A stretch of 27,167 bases of DNA, from positions 1-27,167 of the IMG/VR virus record IMGVR_UViG_3300011339_000664; one strand, written 5' to 3'. Position 1 is the first letter of the stretch; every line of letters begins with the position of its first letter. Made by a program: the position numbers and the translations under genes. Source of the DNA: a virus. Its lineage: Duplodnaviria; Caudoviricetes. A model generated the notes under the pieces. That model did not search any database. It saw nothing but the letters and a program-made list of their open reading frames with translations, and had not been told where the DNA came from. This document shows positions 8,144 through 15,540 of the stretch, piece after piece.

Positions 8144-8319
8144 TGCACCCGCTATTCGCGGCCATCCTACGGCCATACACACCACCACCACAACCGCCAG
8201 TGCAACCGACGCCGGAACAGATCGACCGGGCCATGATGGCCGATAAACTGACCCATGATGCGCGCCACGCGGCGCGCGCTATAACCCTGGAGCACCGTTA
8301 TGCTAAGCCTGAAAATTAA
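8140..8319 (+). CDS. Hypothetical Pro-rich early protein (59 aa)
   Basis: ATGA coupling to the previous ORF. MMHPLFAAILRPYTPPPQPPVQPTPEQ... Confidence 0.65.
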   Translation: MMHPLFAAILRPYTPPPQPPVQPTPEQIDRAMMADKLTHDARHAARAITLEHRYAKPEN

Positions 8320-8623
8320 TTCCACCACCTATAAACTGACATCCCTGGAGCGCGTGCTAGAGGTCCAAGCCCTGGCCAGCAAAATCACGGGTAAGCATAA
8401 GCCGGTGAAAAGCCGGGGCGCCGATAAACGTTTATTTCCGGCCTATGGGGAGACAATGAGCGCGGCCGAATACGTCAGCCAGTACTATGTTTTAAATTCG
8501 ACCCGGCGCAACTTTAAGGGCGGCGCGCCTTATGGCGACGCAAACCTGGCCGGGTTCTATGAGGGCTTGAGCGATCGCGTGAGCGTGCCCCAGGGCGTGG
8601 ACAGCGTGGAGGTGGAAGCATGA
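8300..8623 (+). CDS. Hypothetical early protein (107 aa)
   Basis: GGAG SD; tiles the operon and is ATGA-coupled to the next ORF. Confidence 0.75.
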   Translation: MLSLKINSTTYKLTSLERVLEVQALASKITGKHKPVKSRGADKRLFPAYGETMSAAEYVSQYYVLNSTRRNFKGGAPYGDANLAGFYEGLSDRVSVPQGVDSVEVEA

Positions 8624-8730
8624 CCCGGCAGCATTACACCCCCGACCCGGCGCCGCGCGACGCGGCCGGCATAGCCTTGGCCGTGGCCATCGGCCTGGCC
8701 CTGGCCGTTCTACTGGTGCGTTACTTATGA
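8620..8730 (+). CDS. Single-TM membrane micro-protein (36 aa; not in track)
   Basis: GGAGG SD, ATGA overlaps at both ends. MTRQHYTPDPAPRDAAGIALAVAIGLALAVLLVRYL. Confidence 0.75.
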   Translation: MTRQHYTPDPAPRDAAGIALAVAIGLALAVLLVRYL

Positions 8731-8879
8731 GCGCCGACGACCAGGCCCTAGCGGCCATCGCTACCGCGCGACGCCATTACTTGGACCGCATCACGCACTT
8801 GGAAGACGTGTTGCGCGCCCTGCTAGACGATGACAACGAGGAAACGCGCGCCGCCGCAAGGCGCGCGCTAGAGTGCTGA
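8727..8879 (+). CDS. Helical micro-protein with a single HEAT-like motif (50 aa; not in track)
   Basis: ATGA-coupled. MSADDQALAAIATARRHYLDRITHLEDVLRALLDDDNEETRAAARRALEC. Confidence 0.7.
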   Translation: MSADDQALAAIATARRHYLDRITHLEDVLRALLDDDNEETRAAARRALEC

Positions 8880-8935
8880 TACTCTTAGCGGCCATCCTGG
8901 CCGCGATCCTGGCGATCCTGCTCGATCTAGATTAG
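8873..8935 (+). CDS. Possible 20-aa hydrophobic peptide (MLILLAAILAAILAILLDLD)
   Basis: GTG overlapping the previous stop; fills the gap up to the terminator exactly. SD is weak. Confidence 0.5.
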   Translation: MLILLAAILAAILAILLDLD

Positions 8936-11214
8936 GCCCCTTCGGGGGCTTTTTCTATGGCCCTGCGCAGTTCTGAGCGCGTGCTATGCGCCAATTCGGG
9001 CGCGCAGAATATATGCTTTTTGGTTTGAAACTCGCGGGATGCTAGGCGCCCCATATCATGCCAGCCCGCCTCCTTGAGCGCGTGCAGTAGCGCGGCAGGC
9101 ACAATGCGCACGCCCTGGGGGGCGTATAGCTGCAACTCATCGCAGAGGGCGTAGAAGGGCGCGCCGACCACGCCAGCGCTGAACGCGCGCGCCCTGGAGC
9201 GGATCAGGTTAACGAGGAAGGACTCAGCGCCCGACATCCCATGCTCGACCATGATAGCCTTCGCTTCGGTGAACGGGGGCGTTGCGTTGGGGTTAAACGC
9301 TGACACGTCTCTGGTGTGCAGGTAATGCGCGACCGCCTCGAACCCGCTTCGCATGGTGTACCAGTTCCACATTCTGAGCGCGTCTGCTTCGGGCATTTTG
9401 GTCGCTTCAGACCATAGAACAAACCAGCGGCGATCTTCTGAGGGCAGGGAGATCGCCACCCGCTCATTGGAGAACGCGACCACGAACACGCGGTTGAGCG
9501 CTTGGTATGGGTGCAGGCCCTTGCGGTTGACTGTCAGCAACTCCGGGGGCGCCGCGATGATGGGCTTTAGGATGTTCTCCAACGCGCGCCGGTCTTTGGC
9601 CTCCGGCTGGCGCAGTTCTTGGATTTCCATCACTTCGCATTCGAGCGCATAGCCCCATTGACTGGTCAAGTCCTCGTTCTTGACCAACGAGCAATTGAGT
9701 TTGGCTTTGCCGCCTATGGCCCAAAAGAACGGCGCAAAGAGGGTGTCTTTGCCCGACCCGTGATTGCCGCCCATCAGGACGGCGTGGTTGATCTTATGGC
9801 TTGGGAACTGTACTTTATGGGCCAAGACGTTCAAGAGGTGTTCGCGCTCAAAGTCAATCGGCACCATGCGCTCGACATGGCGCAGCCACGGCGATGCGTC
9901 GCCGGCCACGGGCGCAGGGCGCGCATCGCGCCAGCGGTTGCCGTACACCAGCCCCTCACGCGACACCAGCACAGTCTCACACGCAGCGTAAGTGATGCCG
10001 ACCAAGGCGCGGGCGCCCTTGTCTTGGCGGTGTTCGTCGAACGCTACCGACGCCTCGACCTTGCCGTGTTTGCCGTGACGCGAACGGCAGTCGAAGTGTC
10101 TGAACATGGCGTTGAAGGGCTTGCGCATCAGTTCGCGCCGGTCTTGCCTATCAAAATAAGAGTCGTCGTCTTGGATGTACGCAAACCGCTCGAACCACCC
10201 GCTCATCTCCACGCGGCCCAACTCGCGCCGCTCCACCTCGGCGATGACCGCAGCGGCCTCGTCGGGGTATTCTACATTAGGGGTCAGCTTGGCGAGGGTG
10301 TTCTCCATCACGGCGGCCAGCAACTCATCGCGCAGGCCGTGGGCGCGCTTGGGACCGCCCTGCTCCTCGACCCACGCCAAGTAGGCCACGCTGTCCAACT
10401 CGGAGCAATGCTCATGCAGGCAGCAGTAGGCGCGGCTCACGGGGTTGTATCGGCCCATCGGGTTGCCGTCTGAATGCTCGCCGTGATTGGGGCAGACCAC
10501 GCCCCACCAGCCGCTGGAATTGCCCTTCTCCAGCAGGTCGCCACGCGCAGCAGCCCACGCCAGCACATCGTCGCCGCCGTCGTCGGTGAGGCGTATGGGG
10601 CGCACTGTGGCGGTGTCGGCAGGGTGGGGCGTCACGCCCAGCGCCTCGCATATCTGGGGCAGGGCGAACTCACGCTCGGGGTGGAACTCGACAAGGCGGG
10701 AAACAAAGTCCTCGCGGCCTGGTTTGAGGTTGACCGAGCCGGGCAGCCGGAAGTTGCGCACTGGGTTGATGGCCCCGCCGTCGGTGTAGCCGGCCTCGGC
10801 GATGGCCACGATAGCGGCGCTGAAGTCGGCCTTCATCGGCTGGTCGTCCAGCGCGAAAGTGTAGCCGTACTGGTAATTGTTGGGGCTGGTCTCCATGATC
10901 CACGTCGGGGCGATGGGCGGCTCCTTGGCCTTGGTGCCCACGTCGTCCAGCACGAGGAAGGCGACCCGCTCGCAGTTGTCGGCGCGGGCAGAGGGCTTGC
11001 CCTGGTCAAATCGGTCAATGATGAAACAGCCGGTATTGGCGTACCACGCTTGGTCGGGCTTCCATCTCTTGGGCAAGTAGGCCGGCCAAGTGCACTTAAT
11101 GGCGCCGTCCGCATGGTATTGCAACTCGCCCTCGGCCAGTATGGGCTTTTGGCGCACAAACAAAATGACCTCGCCCTCGGGCGCCACGTCTTCGAGATAT
11201 TTTAAGAAACTCAT
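8932..11214 (-). CDS. Primase-helicase: RepB-type AEP primase, Zn-ribbon and SF3/DUF5906-type helicase (760 aa)
   Basis: FLVLDDVG, WIMETSPNNYQYGY and RNFRLPGSVNLK (RepB'-like primase); CPNHGEH...CLHEHC; Walker A GNHGSGKDT. Start at 11214 by ATGA overlap with the polymerase stop. Confidence 0.88.
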   Translation of the reverse strand: MSFLKYLEDVAPEGEVILFVRQKPILAEGELQYHADGAIKCTWPAYLPKRWKPDQAWYANTGCFIIDRFDQGKPSARADNCERVAFLVLDDVGTKAKEPPIAPTWIMETSPNNYQYGYTFALDDQPMKADFSAAIVAIAEAGYTDGGAINPVRNFRLPGSVNLKPGREDFVSRLVEFHPEREFALPQICEALGVTPHPADTATVRPIRLTDDGGDDVLAWAAARGDLLEKGNSSGWWGVVCPNHGEHSDGNPMGRYNPVSRAYCCLHEHCSELDSVAYLAWVEEQGGPKRAHGLRDELLAAVMENTLAKLTPNVEYPDEAAAVIAEVERRELGRVEMSGWFERFAYIQDDDSYFDRQDRRELMRKPFNAMFRHFDCRSRHGKHGKVEASVAFDEHRQDKGARALVGITYAACETVLVSREGLVYGNRWRDARPAPVAGDASPWLRHVERMVPIDFEREHLLNVLAHKVQFPSHKINHAVLMGGNHGSGKDTLFAPFFWAIGGKAKLNCSLVKNEDLTSQWGYALECEVMEIQELRQPEAKDRRALENILKPIIAAPPELLTVNRKGLHPYQALNRVFVVAFSNERVAISLPSEDRRWFVLWSEATKMPEADALRMWNWYTMRSGFEAVAHYLHTRDVSAFNPNATPPFTEAKAIMVEHGMSGAESFLVNLIRSRARAFSAGVVGAPFYALCDELQLYAPQGVRIVPAALLHALKEAGWHDMGRLASREFQTKKHIFCAPELAHSTRSELRRAIEKAPEGA
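8934..8954 (+). terminator. Rho-independent terminator of the early operon
   Basis: AGGCCCC-TTCG-GGGGC-TTTTT with a C(UUCG)G tetraloop, embedded in the last codons of the convergent primase gene. Confidence 0.85.
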
Positions 11215-13112
11215 TTTCCATACCTTTCCATGATTGATACTTCGGCATCTAGGGGTAAACCCTTGGCCCAGTCGGGCGGGGTGCACATGACCGAGCGCAG
11301 GGCGTCGGGGTTGGGCGTACTGGTTTCGATCACGATCTCGTCGTGGACGTGCAGCACCACGTCGTCAAGCTGGCGCAGCGAATGGCGCAGCAGGTCATTG
11401 GCCACGGCCTGGGTGATGTTCTCGCAGGCCAGCCCCTTCCACAAGCGGGCGCGAGGCCACTCCTTGGCGTCAGCGGCGGGTTTCCAAGCGGCTTTGGCGT
11501 AGGTCACACCTTCGGTTTCCAGTCGTGCGTAGGGGTAGCAAAGAACGCGACCCGATGGCAGGATGTACCACAGGTGCAGGCCGTCAAACATATAGGTCAC
11601 TCGGCCGGCACTGAACTCTTTGCCTTTGTTGCGCATGGCGCGGGTGTAGGCAGATTCTAGGTCTTGCCAGTACGGCACCGACCAAGGGTTTGCCCTACGC
11701 CATGCGTCTACCATGCGCCGGGCGTCCGACTCCGGCAACAGGATGCCGTAGGCGCGGCCCATCGCAGCAAAGGCGCCCACGCCGCCAGCGAAGCCGCAGG
11801 CCAACTCTTGGACCTTGCCGATCTGGCGTTGGTCTTTGGTGACGTGATCAACGCCGACGTGAAAGGTGGCGGCTGCGTTGACTTTGTACACGTCCTCGCC
11901 GGACGCGAACAGGGCCAGCTTCTCATCGCCCCTGCCGGACAACCAAGGGTTTACCCTAGCTTCAATGGCCGACCAGTCGGCCACCACCAAGACCTTGCCC
12001 TTGGCCGGTATCAGTGCAGGACGGAGCATCCCTTTGAGTACATCGGTGACGCGCTTGCCGTACTTGGGGACGATTGCGTGTCCGCGTACCATCGCCAGGC
12101 GCACATCTTCAGGAGATTGAGCACATTTTCGGGTGAAGTTGTGGACTTGAGCGCCATAACTTGATGCACGGCCTGTGGCGGAACCCCCCGCAAACACAAA
12201 AGCGCCGCGAACTCGTCGATCTTCTTCATCTGCCAGACCCGCAAGGCGGCTGAACTTCGCAACCGAGGACGCCCATAGGTCGTCGGCGCATTGGATGACT
12301 TCTTGAACGTCATGGGGAACCTCATCAGGGTTATCCATCAGCAGCAGGTTTGCCCTGACGGTTTTGTCAATGGAATATTTGCCGTCCTTCTCCATCAGCT
12401 TCTTGGCCTCGGGCCCGACGCGCTCCAGCACCCACTCGCGCATCTTGGGGGAGCGCACGCTGGTGATCTCGCCGCCGGTCACCTCGGTGACGATCTCTTG
12501 AATCTCGGCCAACTCAGCGCTGGCGTACTTGACGGCGGCTTGGCACAGGGCCACGTCCACCAGCACACCTCGGTCGTTGATGCGCTCGTTGACGTGGTAG
12601 TCTTTTAGTTCGGTAGGTGAAAGCGGACGCATGGCCATATTGATGGCCCGCATGGCGCGCACGTCTTGCTCGCAGTAGGCCACCATCTCGGCGGTCAACT
12701 CGGGCGACTCCTCGTAGGGCGGGATCGACATCTTGCGGATCAGTTGGGCGCCCCGGTGGTCTTTCTTCATGGACGCGCCAGCAAAGCGGCCCACGTCCTC
12801 CAGCGAACCAGGCGCACAGTTAGCGCGGGCCTGCGCTGCGGTGCAAATAAACTGCTCCAGATCAAAGTTGATTTGCAAGACGTACCAAAAAATTAAGCGC
12901 TCAAACGCGGCGTTGTGGGCGTAGATTTCGCCAGCCCATGCGCGCACCCGCTCGGGAAACGGCTGGCCAGGCAGCCACGTCTGCACGTCTTCGTCGCCAA
13001 AGGCATACGACATACACAGCACTTCGGTACTGGCGTGCTGGGCGTAGTTGTAAACGCCCGCGACCTTCAGGTCGCAGGCGCTACGGGTCTCAAAATCAAC
13101 CCAGAGAGTCAT
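11211..13112 (-). CDS. polA: DNA polymerase family A with 3'-5' exonuclease (633 aa)
   Basis: ExoI DFET, ExoII HNAAFE, ExoIII YCEQD; TGR; motif A DWSAIEAR; motif B RQIGKVQELACGF; motif C HVHDE. Confidence 0.95.
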   Translation of the reverse strand: MTLWVDFETRSACDLKVAGVYNYAQHASTEVLCMSYAFGDEDVQTWLPGQPFPERVRAWAGEIYAHNAAFERLIFWYVLQINFDLEQFICTAAQARANCAPGSLEDVGRFAGASMKKDHRGAQLIRKMSIPPYEESPELTAEMVAYCEQDVRAMRAINMAMRPLSPTELKDYHVNERINDRGVLVDVALCQAAVKYASAELAEIQEIVTEVTGGEITSVRSPKMREWVLERVGPEAKKLMEKDGKYSIDKTVRANLLLMDNPDEVPHDVQEVIQCADDLWASSVAKFSRLAGLADEEDRRVRGAFVFAGGSATGRASSYGAQVHNFTRKCAQSPEDVRLAMVRGHAIVPKYGKRVTDVLKGMLRPALIPAKGKVLVVADWSAIEARVNPWLSGRGDEKLALFASGEDVYKVNAAATFHVGVDHVTKDQRQIGKVQELACGFAGGVGAFAAMGRAYGILLPESDARRMVDAWRRANPWSVPYWQDLESAYTRAMRNKGKEFSAGRVTYMFDGLHLWYILPSGRVLCYPYARLETEGVTYAKAAWKPAADAKEWPRARLWKGLACENITQAVANDLLRHSLRQLDDVVLHVHDEIVIETSTPNPDALRSVMCTPPDWAKGLPLDAEVSIMERYGK

Positions 13113-13747
13113 CAGGCCGCACTGCGACGACGACGACCCGCTGCGGGGGCTTCTTCAACCTTCTTCGGCTCGGCATCGCCGTCCAACGAAAGCCACTGCA
13201 CTACCTCGAAGACCGGCGTGAAAATCCGGCCATACGATTTGTGCTGGTAATGCTCCTTCTTGAGGGACACCACCGGCACGGGCTTGCTTTGGTCTTTCTC
13301 GACCTGATCTGCCAAGGCAACGGCCAAGGCTTGAACCGCTTTCTTCCCGCCCACCGAGGTGGTCGTGAAGCGCGCTTCCATGCCCTTGTCTTCGCCGGTC
13401 AGGCATTTCAGGCTCATGCCCACTTGAGTTTCCCAGCCCTTCTTGGCGGCTGGGGGCGCACCGTCCAACTCCGGCAGGGGCTGGGACACGGGCACCATCT
13501 TCTCGCCCAACACCTCGCCGTCGCCCCAGGCGATGAAGCCGTGGACAAACGAGAAGGGATTGACCGCCCAAGTGCTGTCCTCTTCGACTTCGGTTTGGTC
13601 TGCACCAAACACCCAATGGCCGGTCTTGTCCATTTTCAGGATGACCGTGCCGCTGCCGCCGACATCGGATTGAATTGCACGCAGGGAAGTTGCGAGGGTG
13701 GAAACTGCGGGCAAGCCCGCTTGGGAGAACGCTACTATATTTGACAT
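13112..13747 (-). CDS. Putative single-stranded DNA-binding protein (211 aa)
   Basis: Occupies the SSB slot between the DUF2800 nuclease and PolA. Aromatic beta-rich core (GHWVFG, HYQHKSYGRIFTPVFEVVQW). AAGGA SD. Call is from synteny. Confidence 0.6.
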   Translation of the reverse strand: MSNIVAFSQAGLPAVSTLATSLRAIQSDVGGSGTVILKMDKTGHWVFGADQTEVEEDSTWAVNPFSFVHGFIAWGDGEVLGEKMVPVSQPLPELDGAPPAAKKGWETQVGMSLKCLTGEDKGMEARFTTTSVGGKKAVQALAVALADQVEKDQSKPVPVVSLKKEHYQHKSYGRIFTPVFEVVQWLSLDGDAEPKKVEEAPAAGRRRRSAA

Positions 13748-13755
13748 GATAGTCC

Positions 13756-14883
13756 TTAGTTGAGTTTAGAAAGGGCAGCGGTTAATTGCTTACCCAAGAG
13801 CATCACCTCGGGGCGTGGATCATCCACGCTGGCCAAGGTGTTACCTGAACTGATGGCGACGACCAGATCGTCCGGCAGGGCCTGCTTGCGCTTTTTGAGC
13901 GCCTTCTCGGCCTTTGCCGGAGAGATCACGGATGTCTCCAACACTTCAGATTCGGTGAGACCAAACGCGAACAGGGCGACCTTGGCCTTGTCCTCGCTAG
14001 TCCATGAACGGATCGCTCGCTTGGCGACCAGTTTGTAGTCAGGTAGTTTGGCGCCAGACTCCAGCAGTTGGAGAGCCAAGGCGCGCAGGTCAGTGATCCA
14101 CTGCTCCAGCATATCAGCATTTTTAAGATAGGTGGCAATGGTCGGCGGGTCAAGGTTGTCGATGATTGTCTTCAATGCGCGGTCAACTGCGCCGGTCATT
14201 TGTGGGCACACCGGCTTGGCTGCGCACCAGCGGCAGTGTTCGCCAGCGCGCAGAACCGCGTCGGGTTTCTCGGACGCCTTAACGGCCTGCACCAGTTGCA
14301 ATTCAAACTCAGCGATGCGCTTGGGCGTGGTCACCCAACGCTTGACAGCAGGTGGCTGCACGATCACCATTTCAATCTCGGTGACGCCCTCAAAGGCCCA
14401 TGCAGACGCGGGGGTGCGCATGGCAGCCGCAGCGTAAAACATCAGTTGCGGGTTCTCCTCGACATCCACAGCAACACCGTCGCCAAACTTCCAATCGAGA
14501 ACAACAGCGCGAGTGCCCTTGCGACCAATAAGGTCAGTCGAGCCAAATACGCCAGGGAGCAGGTCACCAAAGTTAACGCTTGTTTCGGCTTCAATTTCCA
14601 TCTCCTTGTTGGGGTCGATCTCGTCAAGCGCGGCCAGTGCTGGCTTGAGTTTGTAGTCGATCAGTTCTTGGGTCAGCACCTGCGCTTCGTACTTGTGGCC
14701 AAGGTAATGCTCGGGCGGGTTGTCCGACATGATGATCTCGGCGATGACGTTGTGCAGCAGTGTGCCCTCGTCTGCGAATTTGCTTGATGGCTTGGGCGGC
14801 ATCTTGGCCACCAAGGCCACAGAGCCAGGGCAGTTGATTACGCGCTTGGCGGTCGAGCCGCCGACGATGTTACTGTGGTTCAT
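13756..14883 (-). CDS. DUF2800 / Cas4-like PD-(D/E)XK exonuclease (375 aa)
   Basis: N-terminal CPGS, GTLLH, FGSTD...DWKFG, QLMFY and C-terminal HCRWC...CP Fe-S cysteines. GGAGG SD. Confidence 0.88.
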   Translation of the reverse strand: MNHSNIVGGSTAKRVINCPGSVALVAKMPPKPSSKFADEGTLLHNVIAEIIMSDNPPEHYLGHKYEAQVLTQELIDYKLKPALAALDEIDPNKEMEIEAETSVNFGDLLPGVFGSTDLIGRKGTRAVVLDWKFGDGVAVDVEENPQLMFYAAAAMRTPASAWAFEGVTEIEMVIVQPPAVKRWVTTPKRIAEFELQLVQAVKASEKPDAVLRAGEHCRWCAAKPVCPQMTGAVDRALKTIIDNLDPPTIATYLKNADMLEQWITDLRALALQLLESGAKLPDYKLVAKRAIRSWTSEDKAKVALFAFGLTESEVLETSVISPAKAEKALKKRKQALPDDLVVAISSGNTLASVDDPRPEVMLLGKQLTAALSKLN

Positions 14884-15185
14884 ACTTTACCTCCTGCTCG
14901 TTTAGCAACTCTTTCCATCGCATCGCCGTAACTCATACCCAATGCTTTGTCGATCAGCGCCAATGACTCATCAATGATTTGGTCAAAGGTATCAGGCTCT
15001 ACTTCTTTAATGGTTCTCAACGTAATCTTTGCGTCTTCCAGCGCTTCAATGTCCGCGCTGTTTACTTCGTACAGCAGATCAATGTCTGCTTGAATAGGGG
15101 GCTTGAGCGGTTGTATCCGATCAAACATTATTTTGCCTCGTTCGTAGAACTCTTTGTCTTTTCCTGTACTGTTGTCTTTAGCCAT
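14880..15185 (-). CDS. Hypothetical acidic protein (101 aa), first gene of the replication operon
   Basis: AAGGA SD, ATGA-coupled to the nuclease gene. Confidence 0.75.
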   Translation of the reverse strand: MAKDNSTGKDKEFYERGKIMFDRIQPLKPPIQADIDLLYEVNSADIEALEDAKITLRTIKEVEPDTFDQIIDESLALIDKALGMSYGDAMERVAKRAGGKV

Positions 15186-15215
15186 TTGGACTGTCCTTTA
15201 GTTGATGAGGCGTTC

Positions 15216-15248
15216 AGTGTAGCACAGAAAATAAAAGTGTGCTAAACT
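15216..15248. promoter_or_regulatory. Symmetric divergent promoter pair
   Basis: AGTGTAGCACA-N11-TGTGCTAAACT inverted repeat (10/11). Each arm reads outward as an extended -10 (TGcTACACT leftward, TGcTAAACT rightward). Confidence 0.65.
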
Positions 15249-15255
15249 TCTTGAC

Positions 15256-15540
15256 ATGAAAGAAAAAGACATCGAAAATTATTTTGTATGGACGGTAGCA
15301 CAAGCAGGCGGACGGTCGTGGAAGTTCACCTCGCCAGGGCGCAAAGGCGTAGCCGACAGGATAGCGTGCTTTCCTGACGGCAGCACTTGGTTTGTGGAAT
15401 TAAAGACCGATAAAGGCAGGCTATCAGAACTTCAAAAGCAATTTGCTTTGGACATGATCCGGCTGAATCAGAAGTATTTGTGTTTGTGGAATAAGGAACA
15501 GATAGATGAATTTGCGGCCATACCAAGAACAGGCGGCTGA
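15256..15540 (+). CDS. VRR-NUC domain endonuclease / Holliday junction resolvase (94 aa)
   Basis: EKDIE, PGRKGVADR, FVELK and GRLSELQ motifs; precedes the SNF2 helicase. Confidence 0.9.
   Translation: MKEKDIENYFVWTVAQAGGRSWKFTSPGRKGVADRIACFPDGSTWFVELKTDKGRLSELQKQFALDMIRLNQKYLCLWNKEQIDEFAAIPRTGG

Noticed and set aside
11215-11286. 24-aa N-terminal extension of the primase given by the track
   Set aside because: It lies inside polA; the ATGA overlap at 11211-11214 is the more plausible start.
9353-14905. Long + strand ORFs opposite the replication genes (e.g. 9619-10473, 10474-11205, 12938-13744, 14068-14787)
   Set aside because: Same shadow effect; the minus-strand genes carry all the catalytic motifs.
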